Part shown: positions 12,430-25,100 of the stretch, in pieces
How the letters are laid out: the number at the start of each line of letters is the position of its first letter
Numbering within the stretch: the stretch's first letter is position 1
NCBI RefSeq assembly: GCF_044704955.1
Contig: NC_091995.1
Coordinates: forward strand, 69,006,001-69,070,000
Reading direction: 5' to 3'
DNA: 64,000 nucleotides
Source of the DNA: Pristiophorus japonicus
Taxonomy: Eukaryota
Program-made: the position numbers and the translations under genes
Notes under the pieces: generated by a model
The model's database searches: none
What the model was told of the DNA's origin: nothing
The model's input: only the letters and a program-made list of their open reading frames with translations

Positions 12430-12612
12430 CAGACATTAATGAACTAGCTGGGTTTTTCCGACAATCCGGTAGTTACATGGTCATCATTACTAGATTTTTA
12501 ATTCTAGATTTATTTCATTAACTAAATTTAAATTCCCTAGCTGCCGTGGTGGGATTTGAACTCGTGTCTCTGGATAATTAGTCCAGTGATGTTATCACTA
12601 TGCGACCATTTC
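12430..12612 (-). mobile_element. tRNA-derived SINE fragment
   Basis: Minus strand reads tggtcgcatagtga...gagttcaaatcccaccacggcag (Pol III A-box and B-box-like). Confidence 0.6.
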
Positions 12613-12973
12613 CCCGAGATGAGCGAGTGGACTGGTGAGGTGCAGGCAGGTTACTGGAGTTGGTAGAGGTGATGGGTATGGTGCGAGCAAGGGACATAAA
12701 GACACGGTCTGATACTCAGAAGTTTGGTGTTAGATTGGAGGACATGAGAGCCTGTAGACAGGCGGGAGGAGGTTAGAGGATGTGGGGGAGGCGGGTTGTG
12801 AGACCTGGTGGGACGGGAGGGAGACTGGGGTGGGACCGGGTTGGTGGTGGAGCGGGGATTGTGAGACCGGGCAGGCGTGGGACAGGAGGTGGGTGTTGGG
12901 GGGGTGAGTGTACGTGACTTTTTTTGTAGTTTAATTTCTGTTGTCTCCTAACCTGATGTTTTTTTGCTTGCAG

Positions 12974-13051
12974 ATCCTGTTGGGTCCAAACACGGGAATG
13001 TCTGGTGGGCTGCCGGGCATGCTGCCATCGCCAGTTCCAGGGAAAATATAA
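12974..13051 (+). CDS. TOMM22: TOMM22 exon 4, coding part (ILLGPNTGMSGGLPGMLPSPVPGKI*)
   Basis: Acceptor tttttgcttgcag|; matches the vertebrate Tom22 C-terminus; TAA at 13049-13051. Confidence 0.96.
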   Translation: MLLGPNTGMSGGLPGMLPSPVPGKI

Positions 13052-13412
13052 TGGCTCAGACACCCTGAGTGGGAACTGCTGGTGGAGGGGGCGGGGGGGT
13101 GGGGTGTTAAGAGGTTGATGTACTTTGGGGGAGGGGATGTGACACCATGATCAGACAGTGTGTCTTCAGCCCATCGCCAGGGAGACTCGACTTAGTCCTC
13201 ACGTCTGTGCACACTGCTAGCTGGGGGTAGGGAATTGGAACCAAAATCTGATGGATCAGTCATGGGAGGGGGTGGGGCAGCTCAGTGGGTTCTCCGAGCC
13301 CTATTGCTGATGCATTGCAACCCGTGTATGAGGCATCTTCCATCACCACGAGTCATTCCTCCTGGAACATTGGGTGTTGAGTGTGAAGTCGTTTTTGGCA
13401 GGTTGGATGCAC

Positions 13413-13809
13413 AGCTGTGCCCGGGAGGGTGGGCGAGGGAGGGAGGGAGCTGTGCTCCAGGGTGGGGGGCGGGGGGGCTGGTAAGAGAGAGAGAGAGCTG
13501 TGTCCTGGAGGGGAGGTGTGCCCCTGGGGGGGGAGGGGGGGAGAGCTGTGCCCTGGAGGGGAGCGGGGGGGAGGTGTGCCCCTGGGGGGATGGGGGAGAG
13601 GGGGAGAGAGAGAGAGCTGTGCCCTGGAGGGGAGCGGGGGGGAGGTGTGCCCCTGGGGGGAGGGGGAGAGAGAGCTGTGCCCTGGAGAGGAGTGGGGGGG
13701 AGGTGTGCCCCTGGGGGGGGTGGGGGGTGGCGGAGGGGAAGAGAGCGAGCGAGAGAGCTGTGCCCTGGAGGGGAGTGGGGGCGAGGTGTGCCTCTGGGGG
13801 GGTGGGGGA

Positions 13810-13840
<31 letters not shown>

Positions 13841-13904
13841 CTGTGCCCTGGAGGAGAGTGGGGGGGGAGGTGTGCCCCTGGGGGTGGGGGGGGGGGGAAG
13901 GAGG

Positions 13905-13941
<37 letters not shown>

Positions 13942-13945
13942 GTCC
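13413..13945. repeat. G-rich ~55-75 bp tandem repeat with (GA)n tracts in the putative TOMM22 3' UTR
   Basis: gagagctgtgccctggagggg...gaggtgtgcccctgggg repeated about 6-8 times. Confidence 0.9.
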
Positions 13946-14292
13946 CCACAGCCCGGCCTAACAGCCGGCACCTCACTACCGCAAGAGACTTCCCTGCCTC
14001 CTGCAGCCTGACCTCCCTCCCTCCAAACCCGGGTAGATGGCTCGGGGGGCCGTATCAGCTGCTTGGCCCGGTACCGGTGTGCAGTGGGACAGCGGAGGTG
14101 CAGACGTAGCCGGTCGGATCACTGTCGAGTCTGCAGGGTTCAGAAGCTTGGGCGGATTGTACTTCATTGAGTTCACCGGAGACTGGGGAATCCTCCACTG
14201 CACATCACACAGAGAAGAGATCGGTTTCAACGTACTGCCTGGGGAAATGACGTGAAGTTACTGTTGAACTGTTTGACTTGTACTTGTAGTTT

Positions 14293-14298
14293 AATAAA
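14293..14298 (+). terminator. Candidate TOMM22 polyadenylation signal
   Basis: First AATAAA seen after the stop codon, preceded by TGTA motifs. Confidence 0.6.
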
Positions 14299-14852
14299 CA
14301 CTTGATGCCAGATTGTGAGGGATTTAATCTTCCTGAGTAAAGGGAGGAGCAAGCGCCGGCAGCTGTCGGGGCCCAGGTTTCCGCTCCACTGTCCCCGCGC
14401 TGCTGCTGTCAGGGGTGCTGGGAGATGAAGGGATTCAGGGCCAACCAAGCCAAATACAGCCGTTGGTCTAATGCTCTGCACAGTGCCACCAGGGATGGGC
14501 AGAAGATGCAGCCTCACCCACTGCAGCGCCAATGGGGCATTGCTCACGGAGGGGCACTCGCTTGCCTGTTTGGGCCTCTCACTAATGCACAATTCGATAA
14601 ACAGTAACGTGATGTTAGACGCTGGGGTATCGCCTCTGAAGTTTAGGTCCAAACGCAGCCCAGAGTGACTGGATCAAGGTCGGTCTTTGCTGACATGCCC
14701 AGTGTGAGCACTCTGGTCCCAGCTCTCAGTGGCTACAAGCCCACAGTGCTAAACTGCCTCTCATTCAGATCAATCGACAATCTCAGTGGGAAATAGAATA
14801 TCATGCTGGAGTAATCGTGTTTGGCCTGATGTAGGTACTCATGCACATCATT

Positions 14853-15517
14853 GGGACAGTGTAGAGGGAGCTTTACTCTGTATCTAACCCCATGCTGTAC
14901 CTGCCCTGGGAGTGTTTGATGGGACAGTGTAGGGGGAGCTTTACTCTGTATCTAACCCGTGCTATACCTACCCTGGGAGTGTTTGATGGGGCAGTGCAGA
15001 GGGAGCTTTACTCTGCATCTAACATGCACTGTACCTGCCCTGGGAGTGTTTGATGGGACAGTGTAGAGGGAGCTTTACTCTGTATCTAACCCCCTGTACC
15101 GGCCCTGGGAGTGTTTGATGGGACAGCGTAGAGGGAGCTTTACTCTATCTAACTCATGCTGTACCTGCCCTGGGAGTGTTTGATGGGACAGTGCCGAGGG
15201 AGCTTTACCCTGCATCTAACCCTGTGCTGTACCTGCCCTGGGAGTGTTTGATGGGGCAGTGCAGAGGGAGTTTTACTTTGTATCTAACACGCACTGTACC
15301 TGCCCTGGGAGTGTTTGATGGGACAGTGTAGAGGGAGTTTTACTCTTGTCTCTAACACGCACTGTACCTGCCCTGGGAGTGTTTGATGGGACAGTGTAGA
15401 GGGAGTTTTACTCTTGTCTCTAACACGCACTGTACCTGCCCTGGGAGTGTTTGATGGGATAGTGTCGAGGGAGTTTTACTCTGTCTCTAATCCCGTGCTG
15501 TATCTGCCCTGGGAGTG
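14853..15517 (+). repeat. ~67-bp satellite array, ~10 copies
   Basis: gggagtgtttgatgggacagtgtagagggagctttactctgtatctaacccgtgctgtacctgccct. Confidence 0.95.
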
Positions 15518-15699
15518 TGAGACTGACACTGTGCCTGAAATGGAATGAGTTCCAATCCCAGCTTGATGAACAGGAGAAAACAACAAAGACTTGGATTTAT
15601 ATGGCACCTTTAAATGTAGAAAAAGATCCCAAGGTGCTTCAAATAAAGGAGAAGCAGAGGCTTTGAGGGGTGACTAAAAGCTTGTTCAGTGTGGTGGGT

Positions 15700-16450
15700 T
15701 ATACTCCCAGTACAGTGCAGAGGAGGTGCTGCACTGTCTGATGTGCTGTCTTTAAGTTTAGACCTTAAACTGAGGCCCCCGTGCCTCCTCAGGTGGACGT
15801 AAAAGATGCCATGTGAATATTTCGAAGAAGAGTGGGGAGCTCTCCCTGGTGGCCTTGCCTCATCCCTCAACCAACATCACTAAAAAATATCTGGTCACTT
15901 ATTGCATTGCTGTGTGTGGGTGCTTGCTGTGTGCATGGGTGCCTGTTATGTGCGTGGGGGCTTGCTGTGTTCAAATCCTACATGCAGAATGCGGAGCAAG
16001 GCCAAGGATGAACTCAATGAGAGATTTGGTACGGAGACTGGGCACCGTGCTGCTGGAGGGTGCAGGAGGTCGTGCTCCTGGGAGAGGCCCCGCTGATCAC
16101 CGGGGGCGGGGTGACGGGGCTGAGGGGTACAAGAGCAGTTGAGGTTTATGGGGGGGATTAGGATTAAGGAGGGGGTTGAGAGTCAGCGATGAGAGGGTGA
16201 GAGTAACAGATCGATAGATTTTTGGACATTAAGGGAATCATGGGATATGGGAATCGTACAGGAAAGTGGAGTTGTGGTAGATCAGCCGTGATCTCATTGA
16301 ATGGCGATGCAGGCTCGAGGGACCGTATGGCCTACACCTGCTAATTCTTATGTTCTTATACACCAGTGACTACACTTTAAAAGTAATTCATTGGCTGTAA
16401 AATGCTTTGTGATGCCCTGAGTTTGTAAAAGGCGCTGTATAAACACAAGT
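15700..16450 (+). mobile_element. Deu-domain-like SINE, interrupted (includes a CR1 tail at ~16205-16358)
   Basis: caggtggacgtaaaagat...ccctcaaccaacatcact...attgctgtgtgtgggtgcttgctgtg and tail aaaggcgctgtataaa; family assigned from memory. Confidence 0.5.
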
Positions 16451-16649
16451 TTTGGAAAGAAGTGGAGAGGTCAAGGGAGGAAATTCCAGAGCGTGTGACC
16501 TCAGCACAAAGTAAGGGATGGGGCAATGGGCGCAAACCTGGGCCTCACTATTGCTGAGTTGGGAGATGGACAAAGCAAACAATATTGAATACCTGCCTCT
16601 CCTGTTCACAGAGTAACTGCAGTAGCAGCATAATGGTGACAATAAGGTT

Positions 16650-16930
16650 TCCCCTCAGCCTCCTCTGTTACAAAGAAAACAATCTCAGCCTATCCAATCT
16701 TTCCTCATAGCTAAAATTCTCCAGTCCAGGTAAAATCCTTGTAAATCTGCTCTGTACCCTCTCCAGTGTAATCATATCTTTCCTGTAATGTGACCAGAAC
16801 TGCAAGCTGTGACCTAATTACTGTTTTATACAGTTCAAGCATAACCTCCCTGCTCTTGTATTTCATGCCTTGGTTAATAAAGGCAAGTATTCCATATGCT
16901 GCCTTAACCGCCTTATCCACCTGGCCTGCA
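16650..16930 (-). mobile_element. CR1 RT fragment
   Basis: ORF 16711..16953 YGILAFI..YKSREVMLELYK. Confidence 0.8.
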
Positions 16931-17181
16931 ACATGACAGTAACAGATCAGCAATCAGACAGAGCTGGTAATGGCAGCAAGAGAAACTATTCTAACTCCCA
17001 TTCACCCCTGTACTTGCTGACCTCCTGGTCTGGCAACGCCTCGATTTTAACATTCTTAGACTTGTTTTTAAATCCCTCCATGGTCTTGGCCCTCCCTTTC
17101 TCTGTAACCTCCTCCGGCCCTACAACTATCCCAGATCTCTGCACTTTTCCAATTGTGGCCTCTTGCACATTGCTCCAGCTG

Positions 17182-18161
17182 TCTAATGATTTAGACGAGG
17201 GGATTAAATGCAGTATCTCCAAATTTGCGGATGATACTAAGTTGGGTGGCAGTGTGAGCTGCGAGGAGGATGCTATTAGGCTGCAGAGTGACTTGGATAG
17301 GTTAGGTGAGTGGGCAAATGCATGGCAGATGAAGTATAATGTGGATAAATGTGAGGTTATCCACTTTGGTGGTAAAAACAGAGAGACAGACTATTATCTG
17401 AATGGTGACAGATTAGGAAAAGGGAAGGTGCAACGAGACCTGGGTGTCATGGTACATCAGTCATTGAAGGTTGGCATGCAGGTACAGCAGGCGGTTAAGA
17501 AAGCAAATGGCATGTTGGCCTTCATAGCGAGGGGATTTGAATACAGGGGCAGGGAGGTGTTGCTACAGTTGTACAGGGCCTTGGTGAGGCCACACCTGGA
17601 GTATTGTGTACAGTTTTGGTCTCCTAACTTGAGGAAGGACATTCTTGCTGTTGAGGGAGTGCAGCGAAGGTTCACCAGACTGATTCCCGGGATGGCGGGA
17701 CTGACCTATCAAGAAAGATTGGATCAATTGGGCTTGTATTCACTGGAGTTCAGAAGAATGAGAGGGGACCTCATAGAAACGTTTAAAATTCTGACGGGTT
17801 TAGACAGGTTAGATGCAGAAAGAATGTTCCCAATGTTGGGGAAGTCCAGAACCAGGGGTCACAGTCTGAGGATAAGGGGTAAGCCATTTAGGACCGAGAT
17901 GAGGAGAAACTTCTTCACCCAGAGAGTGGTGAACCTGTGGAATTCTCTACCACAGAAAGTAGTTGAGGCCAATTCACTAAATATATTCAAAAGGGAGTTA
18001 GATGAAGTCCTTACTACTCGGGGGATCAAGGGTTATGGCGAGAAAGCAGGAAGGGGGTACTGAAGTTTCATGTTCAGCCATGAACTCATTGAATGGCGGT
18101 GCAGGCTAGAAGGGCTGAATGGCCTGCTCCTGCACCTATTTTCTATGTTTCTATGTTTCTA
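17182..18161 (+). mobile_element. Young 5'-truncated CR1 with open RT C-terminal frame, inserted in an L2-like remnant (~16990-18350)
   Basis: Uninterrupted KFADDTK...RPHLEYC...WNSLP to the stop at 18063; tail (tttctatg)n. Confidence 0.95.
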
Positions 18162-18600
18162 AGGTCTGCCGTGCCCTCCTTCCCCCTCTGCGCCTCTTTC
18201 CTGCTTTAAGATGCTCCTTGAACCCTACCGCTTTGGCCAAGCTTGTGGTCATTCCCCTAGAATCACCTGATGTGGCTCAGTGTCTGACAATCGCTCCGGT
18301 GCAGCACCTTGGGACATCTAACTGGGTTAAAGGCGCTATATAAATGCAGGTTGCTGCTGGCGATGGGAGCCCAGCCCTGTCCCTGGCAGTGATTGGCTGT
18401 GACAGGTGCTGACCCCTGACCCCGGCCTGCTGCTGCAGAGGTCAAGCCAGGCCATTGGGCCCTGCTGCACGGGACACTCCCTCGGCTGGCCGGCCGGCTC
18501 CACATTCTCACCGCTCTGGGGGCCGCTCTCCTCAATCCCCTTATTGCATCTTATATTTATGGGCTGCAGCTTTGGCGCGCGGGGCTGGAGTGGGTCGGGG

Positions 18601-18707
18601 GTCACGTGGCGGGGAGGGCTGGGGTGGGTCACGTGGTGTGGCGGGGCCAGGAGTGAGTCACGTGGCGTGGCGCGCGGAGCCGGGTCACGTAGGGGGTGGG
18701 TCACGTG
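18601..18707 (+). promoter_or_regulatory. Cluster of E-boxes (4 GTCACGTG and 1 GTCACGTA) in the CpG-rich ADSL promoter or 5' UTR
   Basis: Motifs start at 18601, 18628, 18657, 18684 (variant) and 18700. Confidence 0.75.
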
Positions 18708-18720
18708 GAGTGCCGTGGCG

Positions 18721-18888
18721 ATGGCGGGTGCGGGCGCGCGGGGCGACGCGGCAGACGGCGGTCTGGACCGTTACCGCTCGCCGCTGGTCAGCAGGTACTC
18801 CTCCCCGGAGATGGCTTTCAACTTCAGCGAGCTCAAGAAATTTACTACCTGGCGTCGGCTCTGGCTCTACCTGGCCCGGGCCCAGAGG
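18721..18888 (+). CDS. ADSL: ADSL exon 1
   Basis: [31 protein letters not shown]...[14 protein letters not shown]; donor AGG|gtgagc. Confidence 0.95.
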
Positions 18889-19179
18889 GTGAGCGGGGGC
18901 GGGGCGGGACACAGCATGAGGGGGCAGGGCCCGAGGTCAGAGTCTGCGGTCGGGCCCTGATCCGCCCTCACTGCCCCCAGGGGAGGGACTGCAGGGAGCC
19001 CGGCCCGGGGAGTCAGCCCCCTCCCACTGTACCGGGGCTCAGCGGGCACCTCTCTCCTCACAGTCCACACTCACCGCACTGTCGGAGGGGCAGCACTGAG
19101 AGACATCTGTGGGGGGCGGTGGGGGAGAGTGGTCTGGGGGGGCGGGGAGAGCCCTTTAAATTCTGAGAATGACCGTGTC

Positions 19180-22100
19180 CATAGATATTTACAGCATGGA
19201 AGGAGGCTATTTCGGCCCATTGACCGACGAATCCAGCCTTTTTAAAAATGTGGTGAGGGTTCCTGCCTCTACCACCCTTTCACCCCCACCAACCTCTGGG
19301 TGAAGAAATTTCCCCATTTAATTCCTCTAAACCTCCCCCTAATTACTTTAAATCTATGCCCCCTGGTTGTTGACATCACTGCCAAGGGAAACAGGTCCCT
19401 CCGATCCACTCTATCCAGGCCCCTCATAATTTTTTATACATCTCGCTCATACTCCCCTCAGCCTCCTCTGTTCCAAAGAAAACAAACCCAGCATCTCCAA
19501 TCTTTCCTCATTTCCAAAATTCTCCAGTCTAGGCAACATTCTTGTAAATCTCCTCTGCATCCTTTCCACTGTAATCACATCTTTCCAACAATGTGGTGAC
19601 CAGAACTACACGCAGTACTCTAGCTGCGGCCTAACCAGTGTTTTATACAGTTCAAGCATAACCTCTCTGCTCTTGTATTCCATGCTTCGACTAATAAAGG
19701 CAAGTATTCCATATGCCTTCTTAACCACCTTATCTACCTGGCCTGCTACCTTCAGGGATCTGTGGACCTGCACGCCAAGGTCCCTTTGTTCCTTTATGCT
19801 TCTCAGTATGGTAGCATTTAATATGTATTCCCTTGCCATATTAAACCACCTCAAATGCATTACCTCACTCTTATCTGGATTGAATTCCATTTAGTACTGT
19901 TCCGCCCACCTGACCAGTACATTGATATCTTCCTGCAGTCCGCAGATTTCTTTTTCATTATCAACCACACGGCCTATTTTGGAAACATAGAAACATAGAA
20001 AATAGGTGCAGGAGTAGGCCATTCGGCCCTTCGAGCCTGCACCACCATTGAATATGATCATGGCTGATCATTCACCTCGGTACCCCTTTCCTGCTTTCTC
20101 TCCATACCCCTTGATCCCTTTAGCCATAGGGCCATATCTAACTCCCTCTTGAATATATCCAATGAACTGGCATCAACAACTCTCTGCGGCAGGGAATTCC
20201 ACAGGTTAACAACTCTCTGAGTGAAGAAGTTTCCCCTCATCTCAGTCCTAAATGGCCTACCCCTTATCCTAAGACTGTGTCCTCTGGTTCTGGACTTCCC
20301 CAACATCAGGAACATTTTTCCTGCATCTATCCTGTCCAGTCCCGTCAGAATCTTATACGTTTCTATGAGATCCCCTCTCATCCTTCTAAACTCCAGTGAA
20401 TAAAGGCCTAGTTGATCCAGTCTCTCCTCATATATCAGTCCAGCCATCCCTGGAATCAGTCAGGTGAACCATCGCTGCACTCCCTCAATAGCAAGAACGT
20501 CCTTCCTCAGATTAGGAGACCAAAACTGAACACACTATTCCAGGTGAGGCCTCACCAAGGCCCTGTACAATTGCAGTAAGACCTCCCTGCTCCTATACTC
20601 AAATCCCCTAGCTATGAAGGCCAACATGCCATTTGCCGCCTTCACCGCCTGCTGCACCTGCATGCCAACTTTCAATGACTGATGGACCATGACACCCAGG
20701 TCTCGTTGCACCTCCCCTTTTCCTAATCTGCCACCATTCAGATAATCTGCCTTCGTGTTTTTGCCCCCAAAGTGGATAACCTCACATTTATCCACATTAT
20801 ACTGCATCTGCCATGCATTTGCCCAATCACCTAACCTGTCCAAATAACCCTGCAGCCTCTTAGCATCCTCCTCACAGCTCACACTGCCATCCAGTTTAGT
20901 GTCATCTGCAAATTTGGAAATATTACACTCAATTCCTTCATCCAAATCATTAATGTATATTGTAAAGAGCTGTGAGCCCTGCGGCACTCCACTAGTCACT
21001 GCCTCCCATTCCGAAAAGGACCCGTTTATCCCGACTCTCTGCTTCCTGTCTGCCAAGCAATTATCTATCCACGCCAGTACATTACCCCCAATACCATGTG
21101 CTTTGATTTTGCACACCAATCTCTTGTGTGGGACCTTGTCAAAGGCCTTTTGAAAGTCCAAATACACCACATCCACTGGTTCTCCCTTGTCCACTCTACT
21201 AGTTACATCCTCAAAAGATTCCAGAAAATTTGTCAAGCATGATTTCCCTTTCACAAATCCATGCTGACTTGGACCGATCCTGTCACTGCTTTCCAAATGC
21301 ACTGAAATTTCATTCTTAATAATTGATTCCAACATTTTCCCCACTACTGATGTCAGGCTAACCTATAATTATCCGTTTTCTCTCCCTCTTTTAAAAAGTG
21401 GTGTTACATTAGCTACCCTCCAGTCCATAGGAACTGATCCAGAGTTGATAGACTGTTGGAAAATGATCACCAATGCATCCACTATTTCTAGGGCCACCTC
21501 CTTAAGTACTCTGGGATGCAGACAATCAGGCCCCGGGGATTTATCGGCCTTCAATCCCATCAATTTCCCCAACACAATTTCCCGCCTAATAAGGATATCC
21601 TTCAGTTCCTCCTTCTCACTGGACCCTCGGTCCCCTAGTACATCCGGAAGGTCATTTGTGTCTTCCTTCGTGAAGACAGAACCAAAGTATTCGTTCAGTT
21701 GGTCTGCCATTTATTTGTTCCCCATTATTAATTCACCTGAGTCCGACTGCAAGGGGACCTACGTTTGTCTTCAATAATCTTTTTCTCTTCACACATCTGT
21801 AGAAGCTTTTGTAGTCAGCTTTATGTTCCCTGCAAGCTTACTCTCATACTCTATTTTCCTCCTCCTAATTAAACCCTTTGTCCTCTGCTGAATTCTAAAT
21901 TTCTCCCAGTCCTCGGGTTTGCTGCTTTTTCTGGCCAATTTATATGCCTCTTTCTTGGATCTAACACTATCCTTAATTTCCCTTGTTAGCCACGGTTGAG
22001 CCACCTTCCCTGTTTTATTTTTACTCCAGACAGGGATGTACAACTGTTGAAGTTCATCCATGTGATCTATAAATGTTTGCCATTGCCTATCCACCGTTAA

Positions 22101-25100
22101 CCCTTTAAGCATCCTTTGCCAGTCTATTCTAGCCAATCCACGCCTCATGCCGTTGAAGTTACCTTTCCTTAAGTTTAGGACCCTAGTTTCTGAATTAACT
22201 GTGTCACTCTCCATCTTAATAAAGAATTCTACCATATTATGGTCACTCTTCCCCAAGGGACCTCACACAACAAGATTGCTAATTAGTTCCTTCTCATTAC
22301 ACATCACCCAGTCTAGGATGGCCAGCTCTCTAGTTGGTTCCTCGACATATTGGTCAAGAAAACCATCCCTAATACACTCTAGGAAATCCTCTTCTACCAC
22401 ATTGCTATCAGTTTGGTTTGCCCAATCAATATGTAAATTAAAGTCGCCCATGATAACTGCTGCACCTTTACTGCACACATCCCTTATTTCTTGTTTGATG
22501 CGGTCCCCAACCTCACTACTACTGTTTGGTGGCCTGTACACAACTCCCACTAGCGTTTTCTGCCCTTTGGTATTCCGCAGCTCCACCCATACTGATTCCA
22601 CGTCATCCAAGCCAATGTCCTTCCTTACTATTGCATTAATTTCCTCTTTAACCAGCAACGCCACCCCGCCTCCTTTTCCTCTCTGTCTATCCTTCCTAAA
22701 TGTTGAATACCCCTGGATGTTGAGTTCCCAGCCTTGGTCACCCTGGAGCCATGTCTCTGATGCCAATTGCATCATATCCATTAACTGCTATCTGCGCAGT
22801 TAAGTCGTCCACCTTATTCCGAATACTTCTCGCATTGAGGCACAGAGCCTTCAGGCTTGTCTTTTTAACACACCTTGCCCCTTTAGAATTTTGCTGAAAT
22901 GTGGCCCTATTGTCATCTGCAAACTTCTTAATCATACCCTCAAGACCAAGTCATTGATATATACCACAAAAAAAACCAGGGACCCAGCAGTGAGCCCTGC
23001 GGAACCCCACTGGATACAGCCTTCCAGTCACAAAAACACCCATCGACCATTACCCTTTGCTTCCTGCCTCTGAGCCAACTTGCCACTTTGCCCTGGATCC
23101 TTTGGGCTTTTACTTTCGTCACCAGTCTGCCATGTGGGACCTTATCAAAAGCTTTGCTAAAATCCATATACACTACATCGTACGCACTGCCCTTATCGAC
23201 CCTCCTGGTTATCTCCTCGAAAAATTCAATCAAGTTAGTCAGACACGACCTTCTCTTAACAAATCGATGCTGACTGTCCTTGATTAATCTATGTCTGTCC
23301 AAATGAAGATTTTTCCTGTCCCTCAGGATTTTTTCCAATAATTTTCGCACCACTGAGGTTAGGCTGACTGGCCTGTAATTACTCGGTCTATCCCTTTCTT
23401 CCTTTTTAAACAAAGGTACAACATTAGCAGTCCTCCAGTCCTCTGGCACTACACCTGTAGCCAGAGGTGACTGGAAAATGATAGTCAGAGCTTCTGCTAT
23501 TTCCTCTTTTGCCTCAACAGCCAGGGATACATTGCATCCAGGCCTGGGGATTTATTCACTTTCAAAGCTGCTAAGCCCCTTAATACTTCCTCTCACAAAG
23601 TCTGCATCATCCCTCTCTTTTGTGAAAATGGATGCGAAGTATTCATTAAGAACCATACCCACATCTTCTGCCTCCACACACACATTTCCTTTATGGCCTC
23701 GAACAGGCCTTACTCTTTCTCTCGTTATCCTCTTGCACTTAATGTATTGATAAAACATCTTTGTGTTTTCCCTGATTTTACTTGCCACCATTCTTTCATG
23801 CTCTCTCGTTGCTTTCCTGATGTTTTTTTTAATTGCACCCCTGCACTTCTTATACTCCTCTAGAGTCTCTGCAGTGTTGAGTTCTCGGTATTTGTCACAA
23901 GCTTCCGTTTTTTCTTTATCTTGCCCTGCATGTCCCTTGACATCGAGGGGGCTCTGGACTTGTTAGCCCCACCCTTTTTTTATTAAGGGAACATACTTGC
24001 TCTGTACCCTCAGAGTCTCCCCCTTCAATGCCTCCCACTGCTCTGACACTGATTTACCATCAAGTAGCCGTTTCTAGTCCACTTTGGCCAAATCACATCT
24101 CAGCTCAGCAAAATTGGCTTTTCCCCAATTCAGAACATTTATTCCTGGTCCCCCTTTGTGCTTTTCCATAACTACCCTAAAACTTACTGAATTATGATCA
24201 CTACCCCTTCCACCTGCCCCTCTTCATTCCCCAAAACCAAGTCCAGAACCGCCCCCTCCCTTGTTAGCCTTGTTGCATACTGGATGCATTTTAGGAATTC
24301 CACACCCTCTGTACCATTCACACTACCTTTTTCCTGGTTAATATTAGTGTAGTTGAAATCCCCCACTATTACAGCTCTATAGTTTTTGCACTTCGCTGCA
24401 ATTTGACCACATATTTGTTCTTCTATCTCCTTCTGGCTGCTTGGGGGTCTATAGTACTCCCCCAGTAGTGTGATCACCCCTTTTTTGTTCTTCAGTTCAA
24501 CTCATATGGCCTTGTTTGATGACCCCTCGAACTTATCATCCCTTCTCACGGCTGTAATTGTTTCTTTAATTAATACCGCAACACCCCCCCGCCTCCATTT
24601 TTACCCCTCTCTATCTTTGAAAACCCTGTACCCAGGAATACCTGCCCTTTCAGCCATGTCTCAGTAATAGCGATAATATGGTGCTCCCAAGTGTGACACT
24701 GTGCTCTCAGCTCATCTGCCTTATTCCATGTACTCCTTGCATTGAGGTATATACCAGTTAGTGGTGTCAAACTCCTTTGTTTATTTTCTAGCCCTTGCTT
24801 CTTCTGTCTTCCAAATTCACTTTCTACTTTTCTGCTGCCCAATTCCAGCTTTACTCCCCTCCCTACTGAATCTATTTTCAGGTTCCCATCCCCCTACCAA
24901 GCTAGTTTGAACCCTCCCCAGCAGCAGTAGCAAACCCCCCCGCGAGGATATTGGTCCAGGCTCTGTTGAGGTGCAACCCGTCCGGCTTGTACAGGTCCCA
25001 CCTCCCCCAGAAATGGTTCCAGTGCGTCAAGAATCTAAAACCCTCCCTCCATCACCATCTCTCCAGCCACGCATTCGACTGCTTTATCCTTCTGTTTCTG

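Larger units (their letters stand above)
1208..13051 (+). other. TOMM22: TOMM22 gene, ATG to stop, 4 coding exons, 128 aa
   Basis: Exons of 72+119+118+78 nt join in frame to give the acidic N-terminus, LDESLTERLWGLTEMFPE, the TM segment ALWVGTTSFMILVLPVVFETE and the tail ILLGPNTG...PGKI. Confidence 0.95.

Noticed and set aside
12540-12612. tRNA gene
   Set aside because: Only A/B-box-like remnants attached to a SINE body; no complete cloverleaf visible
14853-15517. CRISPR-like appearance of regular repeats (also 49707-50265)
   Set aside because: Head-to-tail units without unique spacers, no cas genes, eukaryotic context
16870-18063. 397-aa ORF as a novel RT fusion protein
   Set aside because: A truncated CR1 RT frame happens to stay open into flanking repeat remnants; the start is TTG and there is no promoter or splice support
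22147-22803. Long ORFs antisense to CR1 ORF2, recurring in several copies
   Set aside because: Shadow frames of the same repeat family with no independent domain evidence
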